Source: Moniliella sp. 'wahieum' (Eukaryota). Taken from it: a DNA stretch of 64,000 nucleotides. The position numbers were made by a program, and so were the translations under genes. Below are positions 47,237 to 59,320 of the stretch, in pieces; position 1 is the stretch's first letter, and the number at the start of each line of letters is the position of its first letter. Below the pieces are notes generated by a model, which was given only the letters and a program-made list of their open reading frames with translations, had not been told where the DNA came from and ran no database searches. The DNA is taken from NCBI GenBank assembly GCA_003971905.1, contig RSEE01000024.1, positions 62,001-126,000 on the forward strand. Direction: 5' to 3'.

Positions 47237-48531
47237 GCGCACAGGCAGCATCCACCCAGGACGTGAGGGCAGAGGAGGCGGCCAGCCGAGGCGGCGGCCT
47301 GGGCTGCTTCTGGCTCGGATGGGCTCGCTCCTGGGCCAGCCACCGCCACCTGCTTACGTCACGCCCGCTTACCTCAGCCGCACCGCCCCTCGCCCTCCCC
47401 CCGCGCAGGGCACCAACACACCCGCACCGCGCCGCCATTCCGCCGCCTGTCTGTCCCGCCGCTCCACCAGCACACCGGCCTCACTCGGGCGCCAGCAGCT
47501 CCGCCTGCGCGCGGTGAGCGCATCCACCTCTCGTGCGTCCGCAGAGCAACAGCAGGCCCCTCTTCCTTGGTTGGCATGCCGCCATGATGCGCTGCCACAA
47601 GCGTGACAAGGCACCGCGATCACACCCACTGGGAGTCATGTTTCTTTGCGCTTGTCCGCCCGCAAGTAAAGAACGATCGGTTCGTCTTGGTCAGTTTACT
47701 GGCAGGGTACAAGTATTTCCTTGGGTCGGTTGATCAGACATCCCAGCAAGTACAGTGGTAACATGGTCATTGACGGAGCCATCATTATCCCCAGGCCCCA
47801 GGACGAATTGTATTTGATGGAAACTGACTGGAACAGGTGGAATCTTCACAAAAAGGCACACCAGAGATTGAGTGTATGCCACCACCCAGAAAGTACAGCC
47901 CAGGGTGCCGTGGAAGATTGCGTTTCATCATGGGATAAGTTCTTCCCCCAGTGTGGATATATGGCCTACCTTGGTGGCGACACACCACAAACTCAATGGT
48001 TCTGGGGCCCGAGACGAGACCTCGTCGTCCGCCCCCGCCCCAGTGCTGCCCCCCCCCCCCAGGGAAGCTCTATCTTGCCACACCCTTCTGCGCTTAGAAC
48101 ATACAGAGAACGAGTTGGGCTTGGTCTCCTCCCTCCCTCCACCCTGAATCACATCTCCTGGGACGGCCACACCCCAATTCATCACATCTAGCAGCTGTTC
48201 AATTATACCCCCCCTCCGGTATACTCACAGGGGGGACGGTATTATTTTTCTCTATTCTCCTGGGTGACATCGGTTTTTCAAGGACTATGCGGTCCTTGGG
48301 CAAGGTGGGGATGAAGAGAGGCACACCCTGCCACTCCGGGGCCCGTACCATCAACGGTGTTATGAGGCTGGGGGCCGGAATGAGACGCACTCGCGCAAGG
48401 CACAGTGCAACCCTACTGCTCCACACGTGCAGGCGCCAGATGCGGACACCAGCACAGGCGGAATGAAAATGGAAAAAGCCGCGGGAGGAGCCGCTGGCTT
48501 TTGGTTTTTGGCCACCACTCGCCTGCTGGGA

Positions 48532-51500
48532 ATGACGCCACGCACACGAGCCGCGTCCAAGCGCCGCGCCTCGGCTGCGTCTGCTTCTGCGTCTGTGTCT
48601 GCTTCGGCGGCGTCGGCGGCGTCGGCGGCGTCCTCGTCCCCGTCCTCGGCTCGGGCGCCCCAGCCGCCGGCCAAGCGCCCGCGCACCGCCCCCCTTCCGC
48701 CGCCCTCGCACCCCCGGGCAAGGCAGGCGTGCCGTCGCAGCCCGCGCTCGCAGAGGACACCGTCCCTCTCTCGCTCTCACCGCCCGGCCCTCGATGGCCT
48801 CCGTCGACCGTCCTCCTCCGCCGCCGCATCCGCCCCCGATCAGGTCCACGCCCAAGGCTCAGAGGAGGACAAGGACAGCCGCCATGCCGACTCCGATGCC
48901 CATGTCGACGCCGATGAGGGCGAGGATGATGCCAGCGACAAGGAAGACGACGCTCCGGATGAGGAGGATATGGATGAAGAAGGAGGAGGGGAGGAAGAGG
49001 AGGACGAAGACCTCCTTTACTCGGACCCCGACTCGGATGAGATCTATGACCACGAGTCTCCCACTGGCTTCATCAACCTTGGCCCGCTTACCGGGCTCTT
49101 TGTCGATGCACCGGACCAGTTCTCTCCTATCCTCGCCAAACTTCAACAGGGTGATGTATCCCCTTCCGCCCAGCTTGCTGCACTGGACGAGTTGGCGACG
49201 CTGCTGAGTATGTGCCAGGAAGATATGCTTGTCTCGGTTCCGCTGAAGTCCCTCGTCAACGCATTGATCTCGATTCTATTGGGTGGTGCGCCATCAGACG
49301 AGCCGTCTTCGTCTTCACCCCGACCACTAGACCCTGAGCTGTTGCCCGAGCGGCAGGTGCTTGCAGCACGCTGCATAACGAACCTACTCGACGCACTTCC
49401 TTTGGCTGAAAAGGTCGTGGTGCGTCAGGGCGGTGTGGGTGCGCTTGTTTCCAAGCTGCGAGCAATGGAAACAATCGAGATGGCCGAACCAGTGCTGCAG
49501 GCACTGGAGAAGATTAGCGGCGAAGATGCTGCTGCGGTGGTGGCCGAGGACGGGCTTACGGCTTTGCTCCAACACCTCGAGTTCTTCAATGTCCATCTGC
49601 AGCGCACGGCACTAGCTGCTACTGCCAACTGCTGCCGCTCGCTTGCACCCAAGGACCTCGATCGCGTCCTCCCGGCCATCGCTCTTCTTTCTCAGGTTGT
49701 GGTGAGCACGGATCGTCGTCTTCAAGAGCTAGCCTGTACTGCCGTCGTTCGAATCTTTCAAAGCTTTCAGTCGCAGCCTTCACTCTTGGCCCAGTTGGTC
49801 ACGCCATCCCTCTGTGCTGCGCTCGAGACGGTGCTCCTACCGGCCCAAGGAACCCAGGCTGCTCTACCCGGGACGATCGTGACTGATTTGGTACGCGCCC
49901 TTACTTTGGCTGCCAGCGCCGCACCGGCTGTTGCACATGATTTACGTGCCAGTGGGGTAGGGGAACCGTTGCTTGCTATCCTCACTGGGTCCTGCCATCC
50001 CACTTCCACCGCCGATAAGATGGAAGTGCTGCAAAACTTGGCTAAGCGCCCGGCAGAGCAGGTAGAGGCCACCTTGCAACTGGCTCGCGAGCTCTTGCCT
50101 CCGTACCCCTCCGACACTACCGACGACGCTGAACCTGATTGTGTGATGGAGAAGCTTTGCACTTTGCTGACACCCGCACTCATTGAGGTGCACAACGCAT
50201 GCGTTGCCCGGGCAGTGCGGGACTTATGCCTGTCTGCTCTGCTCCAGGTGGTTGCCTGGGGCAGTGCGGAGCAGCTCAAGAGCATCCTTGAACCCCTCCC
50301 CTTGGCCGCCCTTCTCGCCCAAGTTCTTTGGACAAACGCTCCACTGGGCCGGGTCTTGACGGCTGTAAAAATTGCCGAGGCCCTTCTGACCAAACTACGA
50401 CCTGTCTACATGCCCCTTCTTCAACGCCAGGGCCTCTTTGAACTTACGCACCAGTGGTTCATAGACTCCTCTCTTGTACCTGGGGGCAGTCCTGGCAAGC
50501 AACATGTCTCCAAATCCCGGCGCGGCAATGCCTCCCCACGTCTAACTCGGACCCAAAAGGAGTTGGTGGCCTGTGCTAAAGCGATTCATAACTTCCCGCC
50601 TGTTGACCAAGATGGGACTTATTTTTATTATCGACTTGAGGATTTGGTCACCAATCTCTCCGACGCTCGTCTCCCCCAAACAGCAGAGGAGGTACTGGGC
50701 CAGATCTTTGGCCTCGCTGCTGCACCAGAGGGCTTGGCGCCATGGGAGGTACTGCAATCCTCGCTTCTGAACGTGCTTTTCTCCATCATGGGTATCCGTC
50801 TGGTTCCCAGTATGGCGTCCTGGTCACCTTCCCCCCTTGAACGGCGTGAGCTCTTCGTTCGCTCCCTAGTGAAACACAGGGCGGGTGCTGCCGAACTAAT
50901 ACAGTGCCTCCAAGGCATCGTGACCAGTCTGGACGTGTTCCCGCTGGTTACACTTGCGAGTGCTATGGATGAGGAGACGCGTCGGCTTCCGGGCCTGGGA
51001 CTTACGAACCAAATGCGCCTGACTCTCGTGCCTGCTGAACCGAATGATGTGCCGCGTTCCTGCCGTGGGATGGTGATTGGAACCCACGCGGTCGCACCGC
51101 TTAGCACGGTCAATGAGTTTCTCCACTCCAAATTGCACGTGAGTGAGATGATGGCGACGAGAGGGGCGCATGGTGCCGAGGGTCGTCATCCTTTAGCTTC
51201 GGTCCTGGCTGCCTTGGCACGGCGTGAGGGTCAGGAGGAGGAGGACAATGATCGCGGCCCCCAGCGGGAAGAGGCTACGCGCTCATTGATGGAAGACATG
51301 GTGGGCGGCTCGTTAGATGACATGGTCATGGACGAGGATGAGGATGAGGATGAGGACGAGGGCGATGAGGGAATGTGGCTGGATCATGACCCTGCTCCCG
51401 CGGACGAGACGGACGAGATCCCAGCACGGTCGAGCAGCCATGCACCTGACGTGTCTAAAAACTGCACCTACAACGGCGCCAGCGCCAACACAAGCGGCTG

Positions 51501-53372
51501 TGCCATCCTCCTCTTCTGCCCCGGGCGCTTCTGATCATGTGCCGAGGCGGCCGCGTATTCTGGCCGCAGAGGATGGATCTGGCCAGGATGATTGGCACTT
51601 GGTCTTCCGTGCTGGGGAGCGCGAGGTTGGTCCCGACGAGACGGTGTTTGGGGCGGTGTACAAGATGATGAAAGACAAGGACCCATCTTGGTCACCTGAT
51701 CTTTCATTCTGGACCACCCCTTTCCCCCTCACGTACAGTAAAGTTAAAGGAAAAGAACCTCCACCTCCACCCAAGGGAACTAGTACGTTACCATTTTGCT
51801 TGTTGTGCATCACGTGGATGAGACTGACTTGCATTTTCTCCAGATGACAACAAGGACGAGCCTACGGATTCCACGCCTCGGCCAACATTCGACTCGGAAC
51901 TTGTGGACAGGATACTTCGGTTGCTGCGCATGATGTACGACGCGATGAGCCAGCTGCCAGCGGAGGAAAAACGAAGTCGAATCCCTATTTGTCAACGTGC
52001 AATTGTCGGCCAAGTTGAACCGACAGTTGGAGGAGCCGCTGTTGGCCGCCAGTGATCTCCTGCCTTCCTGGACCCACACTCTAGCGAGCGAGCACCCATA
52101 CCTCTTCCCCTTCACCACCCGCTTCTCCTTGTTGCAGGCAGTCGCCTTTGGCTCCCCCCGTCTCGTTGCTCGCTGGCAAGCCCAAGTGCGCAGCGTTGGT
52201 GGCGACAACTCGTCGGTCACCCGAGCCCGGGATGAGGCGTTTGGCTACCTTGGGCGTCTGGCACGGCAAAAGATTCGAATTGCCCGCGACCACATCCTTG
52301 ATTCGGTAGTCAAGATTTGTGAAACGTATGCTTCCACCTCGTCTGTGTTGGAGGTGGAGTACTTTGACGAGGTAGGCTCCGGTCTCGGGCCTACCCTCGA
52401 GTTTTACTCTCTTGCCTCGCGCGCCTTCGCTCGCACTGACACTGCTATGTGGCGGGGGGAAACGGTACGGAGGGGGAGTTTGTCACCGCGCCTCAAGGTC
52501 TCTTTCCTGCACCTCTGTCCCGCCAGCAACAAACTACCGCGAACGGGCAGCGGCGATTGGAACTGTTTAGGTCGTTGGGCACGTTTGTGGCCAAGTCGCT
52601 GATCGATTCGCGCATCATTCACCTCGATCTCAACCCCATTTTCTGGGCGCTCCTCATTGGGCAGTCGGTGCCTGTGACAACCCACACCCTGGCCCAGATT
52701 GATGCGGCACTTGCCTCCTCGATGGACAAGTTGCTGGTGCTGCCGAGAGATGAGGTGGCGTCGCTCGGATTGGATTTCACTCTGCCTGGGGACGAGACGT
52801 TTGAGTTGGTTGCGGATGGCAAGAACAAGGAGGTGACGGGGGCGAATGTGGAAGAGTATGTGATGCTGGTGACCAAGGCGTTTGTTGGCTCGGGGACCGA
52901 GGAGGTGGTAAAGGCGTTCGAGACGGGGTATGCCAAGTTGATGGACCCACGTGCGTTGCGCTTCTTTTTGCCGGCCGAACTGGAGGGCATGTTTGGTACC
53001 GCGCCCGAAGACTGGTCTTACCCCACCCTCCTCGCCACTGTCAAGCCGGACCATGGGTTTGGGGTGGACTCGCCCGCGTACCAACACCTGCTTCACCTCA
53101 TGGCTTCCTTTTCGCTGGAAGAGCGCCGGCTGTTCCTTGCCTGGCTCACGGGCTCGCCCAAGTTGCCCATCGGCGGGTTTGGAGCGCTGCAACCGCGGTT
53201 GACGGTGGTGAAGCGGCCGCACGAGGCGCCGCTGCATCCGGATGATTACTTGCCGTCGGTCATGACGTGCGTTAACTACCTCAAGTTGCCCGACTACTCC
53301 TCCGCCACGGTGGTGCAGCAACGTATGCGCAAGGCCATTCACGAGGGCGCTGCGTCCTTCCATCTGTCCTAG
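48532..53372 (+). CDS. UFD4: HECT E3 ubiquitin ligase, UFD4/TRIP12 family (ARM repeats + HECT)
   Basis: AARCITNLLDALP, AEPVLQALEKIS, LSAKLNRQLEEPL, YLFPFTTR, LEVEYFDEVGSGLGPTLEFY and LPSVMTCVNYLKLPDYSS...SFHLS*. Intron at 51783-51843. Confidence 0.96.
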
Positions 53373-54328
53373 TAATAACCATCCAGCATCCAAATCATCA
53401 ATCCGCTGCACGCTATCGTCTTTGCCATTGTCCTTGTCCTTGTCATTGCCATTGCCATGGCCATATCCTAATCCCAATCCTACTCCCAGTCCCAGTCCCA
53501 ATCCCACTTCCACTCCCTCTATCTATATTAATAGCTCGCTCGTGTGCAGTGTTTTAGCGCGTGAAGCTGTGGAAGCTTGACTGCACAAAAAGTAAAGCGT
53601 ACTAACGTTTGACGACAGAAATACTATTAGCGCGCCAGAAGACGAGCCGTGCACCGTTTAGCACGCCGCAAGGGCAGCTAACAGCGATGGGAGGGCTGGT
53701 GATGTTGCCATGTAGTTGAACGCGGATCATGGCTAGGTGCTTTCCAGGCATTAGCTAGTTTTTACTTAGTGTTTAGTACACGTATAGCCCCACATCTACT
53801 CTCAAACTCAAATCGCTTTCTTTCCTGTATATTATTTGCCTTTTCACTGGCATCTGTATCTCGCTCCCCCTTCTACCCGTTACTGCTTCTCCACCACTCT
53901 CTGCTGTACCTGCTGTCCGCCTTCAGTGTAGAGAGACTGGTCTGTGCCGGTTGCGTTTTGGCCTACTTGCGTTGCTAGTAGACTCTCGTTTCCAGTCTAA
54001 GTAATGGCCCACCGTTTAACGTTCGTTCAAGCCCCAGCGCGCTCGGCGCTCAATCGCTGTGGTGCTTTTTCATCCTTCAAGCTTCCACGCCCATCTCTTT
54101 CTACCCCATCTTTCCGCCCGTGCGCCATTCTATGGTAAAAACCTATGTCCCTTGGTCTCGTCTTGACATGCAACCGTGTTGAAGGGAAACCATGATTGGA
54201 AAGTGTGGTCATCGGTGCGGCAACAGAACAGGAAGAAAGCGAAAAGCGACGAAAGGGCGAAAGCTTGAAGAGGGGAGGAAGGAAAGGGACAACAGGGGAG
54301 ACAAAACCCCACCCACCCATACGTGAAA

Positions 54329-57300
54329 TCAGTCCATGCTCCAGATCATGATCTTTTTGAGCATGCCCTTCAAGTTCTGTAGGGGAGCCAAACGCAGGTC
54401 AGATCACAACATCAACACACACTGGGAGAAAGAAAGAAAAGGAGAACAGGAAAGAAAGAAACGACGTACCTTGCCCATCCGATTGCCGTTGGCAGTCAAG
54501 TGCTGTTCCATCCGCGTGCGAATGGAAGCGAGCTGGGGCAACAGAGGTGCCATGCAGGCCTGGTTGTCATTCGAAGGATTGAGCAGCAAGGCGAAAAAGT
54601 CGGTCCAGACGTCCTTGTTCCAGTACCTTCGTAAGGGTGCCGCGATGGCCAACTGGCCATCCTGCTCCTTCGTCTCGAGGTACTTGCCAAACAGGAGCGT
54701 GTGAGCCACCGCGGCCACGCCCATGTAATCCGCATCGTACTTCCATGCGCGGCCCTGGCGGATGGCAGGGATGTCCCGCGCGTCGGGGGTCCAGCCTGCT
54801 TGGAAAGTCTGCGTGGGCGGATAGAGGGTGGTATCGATTGAGCGACCGAAATCGACCAGGGAAATTCCAGCCTTGTCCCACCCCTGGTCGCCTGTGGCCG
54901 AGTAGATGGCAGCGCTGGGAGCAGCAATGCGTAGCAGACAATTGTCAATCTTCACGTCGCCATGGATCATGCCCACTTTGTGCAGCGCTTCAATCGTGCG
55001 CAGTAGTTCGACGGTAAAGAACATGGCCAGCAGCTCGTCGATACCTTCGCCCTGCGCGGCCACACCGGCATCGCGTGCGTGGTTGACAAGACCGAGTAAG
55101 GTGCCTTGGGGAAGGTAGTCGAGGAAGAGCAGGCTGGCATCCTTGTAGGCCACAAACCTGCGCGCTTGTACCACCGATGCCCCCGCCCGCTCCGAGCCCA
55201 GGAGCGCAGCCACCTTGCGCAGACAAAAATTCCCACCGGTTCGCAGGCGCCTCGGCCTTGACAGCCACCATGCCTTGCGTGCCATCGTCCGAGTCCGAGT
55301 CCGAGTCCGAGTCGGCATCCGACAGGGACAAGTCGGCCATCGCCTTGCCCAGGTCAGGCTGGATGACGCGGTCCAGGTCCTGAGCAAGGAAGACCGAGGC
55401 AAACCCGCCCTCGCCCAACTTTTCTGTCACTTGGAACATGCTCCCCCCCAGTTCGAGCGGCGCGGCGCGCACCACCGTTCCCGTTGCATCCAGCGACTTT
55501 TTGCCCCGCATCTTGCCCGCCTTGGTGAGTGCATCCAGCTTGCCCTCCACGGGATGGTGGGAGAAATCAACGTAGCCTGCCTCGGCCTCGAGGGGCGTGG
55601 GAAGCTGGGCCAACAAGGAGGCAAGAACCTCAGCGTTATCAGGATGACATGGGTTGGGGATCTGCACCCCCAGAGAAGCAGTCTGGGTGGCTTCCGCTGC
55701 TGGTTCTAGAGGGCGCAGGGGCGGTTGGGTTGGTGCTTCTGCCTCTTGCTCTTCCTCTGATTCCGCTGGCTCCTCCAGCCGGGGAAGAGGGGTCCTGGGC
55801 GTGATTGGCACGCGCCCACTCGGCGTCGCCGGTGGCCCGTCTCGCGCAAGGGACAGACGCATCCCGCGCGACACGGCGGGCGAGGGGGCCCACATGGTGA
55901 AGCGCGTCACTTCGGTCACCTCGGTGATCGGCGACAGGGGGCGATAATACTCTTCCTCTCCCCCGTCCTTGCGCCATCCAGTGGCAACAGCGAGGCGGGC
56001 GCTCCATACTCTTCTCTTCTTCCTCGGTCTCTCCGAGAGACAAGCCAAAGTTAGGAACCCCCCTCTGGGCAAGGGCACGAGAAGCAGTGGGCTTGTGCAC
56101 GGGCGTGCTGGGCACAGCAGGTACAGACCCAGGCTCGAGCTTGGGCCCTGGGGCGGGTACAGACGTGGGGTGGAAGCAAGGACGGGTGCACTGAGCGCGG
56201 GCACAGGCGCAGACGCAGGCGCAGTCGTCGGTACCAACGGATCCGAACGCGGTGGCGCAAAGATATCCGTCTCGTCCTCGTAGATTTGCAGACTGGACGA
56301 TCCTCGGGCTGGAAGAGCACGGGCCTGGAGGGGCTTACGTGCCACATGGTCTTCTTTTGGCTCCTCCTCCTCTTCCTCCCCTTCCGTGTCTGAATCAGAG
56401 TCCGAGTCCGAGTCCGACTCCTCACTGCTCTCGCCATCGTCGCCGTTGAACATGTTCTCCACCTCGAGCATCGCAGCTTTTGTCATCACGGTCGGACTCG
56501 GGGGACGTTTGGGCTGGGGTTCCATCACGGCATCCATCGCTTCCGATGCCTGTGCAGGGGCCGGAGCCGACGATGGCAGCGGCGCAGCGAACAGAGGTTT
56601 GCGGCTGTTGGGCGAGGGCAAAGTAGGCAATCCCGCATCAGCCGTGACTGGCGCAGGTTTCTTGATGATGCTGTTGGCCTTAGGGGTGTGGGCAGGCCGT
56701 TTCTCACCCAAGACAGATTTGGGCGGGCGGGCGCCACTCGGCCCCAAGAGCTTGGACCCCAGTACTGGCTTGGGCAGTGGCCTGTCCTGCCAACTCGGCG
56801 GTTTGGATGCTGGAACGGCCTTCTCGCCCAGAGGTGGTCTGCTGGGGATTGGTTTGTCCCCCAGGACGGGCGTCTTGGTAGAGCTACCAAGTGCTTTCTC
56901 GCCCAAGATGGGCGTCTTGGCGGACAGTGTCTTTAGACCTAACACGGGCGTCTTGCTGGGCAGCGGTTTTTCACCCAAGATGGGTGTCTTGGGCGGCAAA
57001 GTCTTCTCTCCAAGGATGGGTGTCTTGGTCGGCACCGACATTGCACCCCCCAAGACGGGTGTTTTGGTCGACAAGGCCTTTTGTCCCAAGATGGGGGTGG
57101 ATGGTGCTTGCGTGGGATGGCTTGCGCCCAGCAGTTTCTCCCCTAGCACACGCTTAGCGGGAGGAACGGGCGCGGCTAGTCTTGCTGGCTTCTTTTCCCC
57201 CAACATGGGGCGATCTGAGCGCGTGAGGGCGAGCGAGCGTTTGGAAGCCAACGGTGTGCGGTCCGGCATGGAGGGGTGCATCCCATTGGCTAGAGGGGCC

Positions 57301-58988
57301 TCCAGATCCATATCCATCTCCTCCACCTCCTCTACCGCCATAAGGAACCCGCCTCGGAGCTCGACCTTGGGTGTGGGTTCGGGCATCCAACGGCCGACGA
57401 CGCCGTCAAGGTGCGACCACGGGTCCAATGTCTCGCTCAGAGCCGAGGAGGCGTACAGGGCGGCAACCAGGACTTCCTCCATGCTGCGCTCGCCCGTCTC
57501 ATGGGATCGTTTGAGGTGGGGAACAACAGGGTCCATGCGGGACGCCAGACCGGGATAGAGCAATTCCATCGGGACCGCGTAACGTGTCTTGTCCTTTGTC
57601 TCCTTGGTCGGGGCACGGCGACTGGTGTGGACTCGGCCCTTGTCCGTACGAGAACGGTCACGGTGGTCGCGATGGTCTCGGTGTCGTCGCTCCTTTTCCT
57701 TTTCCTTTTCCCTCTCCTTCCCCTTGGCTACGGGCAATGCCAAGTCCTCGGCCGAGGGGGTGAGTTTGGTACCCATTCCCCAATGTTTGAACGGGTTGCG
57801 CTTCAACTCGTCCCCTTCCTTGGCTTTGACAGGGTCGCGTTTCACTTGTGCCGGCCCTCGTCTTCGTCTTCGTCTTGGAACACATCTTGGACCGCCAGCG
57901 GCGCCCCTCCGCCCCTTCGACGGATCATGGAAGGGTTGATCTCAATCCGCGTGCCCATCATCTTACCCGGTTCCAGCGCATTCTCTTGCTTGCGCGACCC
58001 GCGTGCCAATGTCAGTCCAGGGATCGCGGACTCTGGAATGACCCGTCCGCTCGTCCCGGTCCTCGAGCACAGGCGCACGCGCACCGTTGTTCCTCACTTC
58101 CTTGGTGCTTAGCACAGACAGCCCACCGGCCCCGCCTGAGCGAATGCGGAGCGGAGCGGGACCCGAAGGCTGCGTACGCGCCGTCTGCTGCGACTCGCGC
58201 ACAATGTCGTGGTAGCTCCTTGGGCCGGTTGTGTGGCCAACCGTGTCCGAGGCGAGGACACGTTCCTGGAAGCGGGCGTAGTTGCGCTGCAAGCGCTCGA
58301 GCGGGCTGGCTTTGCGGGCAATGCCGAGGCGGTAGGTCGAGTCGGCATCGTGGATGCTACCAGAGAGGGTAGTGTCAGGAAGCAGCAGAGGAAGAGGAGG
58401 CATTGGCCACAGAGGAGGGAGACACGTACCTTCCGTGGGTAGCATACACCGTTGCCAGCTCTTCGTACAGCCAGGCCAGGCGGGTGCCAATCTCGTTGGC
58501 AAGGCAGAAGTTGAAGATGTCGCGGGGGGCATCGACGTTGTGGGCATAGTTGACCCACATCTTGAGGTAGCGCGGGTCCTGGTGGTAGTGTGTGGCGTGG
58601 CGGAAGTGGCGTGTGGCGCGTTCGAGGAGCGTGACTAGGCCCGACTCGACGGACTGGCCGGCAGGGTAGACCTCGATGACCCAGAGCATATAGCGGTACC
58701 AGGCATCGAGGGGGTCGTCGGCCTCCTCCTCCTCCTGGGCCGCCAGCAGGTCTTCCCACTGCACGCGCCGGGCCTCGAGCTCGGCGGCGCGGCGGCTGGG
58801 AGAGGCCAAAAGTGTGGGCGAGGGCGGAGGCGCTGCGGCCGCCCTTGAGGGCGAGGATGTTCTCCTTGTTGCGCTCGATGGTGCTGAGGTCGACGATGGG
58901 CGTGGCGCTGGTCTGCTCGAGCGGCGTGCCGGGGTGAGGGGGCGGGGCGGCGGGGGGTGCGGAAGGGCGTGCGCGGCGGCGCATCCAT
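54329..58988 (-). CDS. BUB1: Spindle-checkpoint kinase Bub1/Mad3 (MadBub)
   Basis: KEN box IERNKENILALKGGRSA, TPR DDPLDAWYRY, GLEBS-like SMEEV, CD1 PPSPTVMTKAA and KARD LSPITE. Kinase motifs LGEGGF, VAVK, HGDVKIDN and DFGRSID. Introns at 58357-58429 and 54377-54469; last exon NLKGMLKKIMIWSMD*. Confidence 0.96.
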
Positions 58989-59172
58989 CGGGGCTGGGGG
59001 GGGGGGTGGTGACGATGGAGGTGGTGGTGGTGGGGGGGGCGCTCGGCGGCGCGGATAGGCAAGCACCGAGCGGTTGGTCCATCCATCCAGCGGCTGCTCC
59101 CGCCCAGCTGCTCAGATTGCATATTGATCCATTCATCCCTCCAACAGCACGCGCCCAGCGCGTTTTGTCCCG

Positions 59173-59221
59173 GTCACGTGCCCCAGTCACGTGTCCCCAA
59201 CTGTCATGCCCCAGTCACGTG
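59173..59221. promoter_or_regulatory. Cluster of three GTCACGTG E-box motifs upstream of BUB1
   Basis: GTCACGTG at 59173, 59186 and 59214, about 190-230 bp upstream of the BUB1 start. Confidence 0.55.
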
Positions 59222-59320
59222 CCCCTAGGATCCCCCGCATCGCTATCCATTCTACGTTCCCCTGGGGCGCCACCTACAAGTATACAAGCACACACTACAA
59301 GCGGGAACACCGTGGATGGG

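Noticed and set aside
52404..57558. Long antisense ORFs (e.g. minus 52404-53513, plus 56386-57558)
   Set aside because: These are shadow ORFs opposite GC-rich real genes, with no independent motifs.
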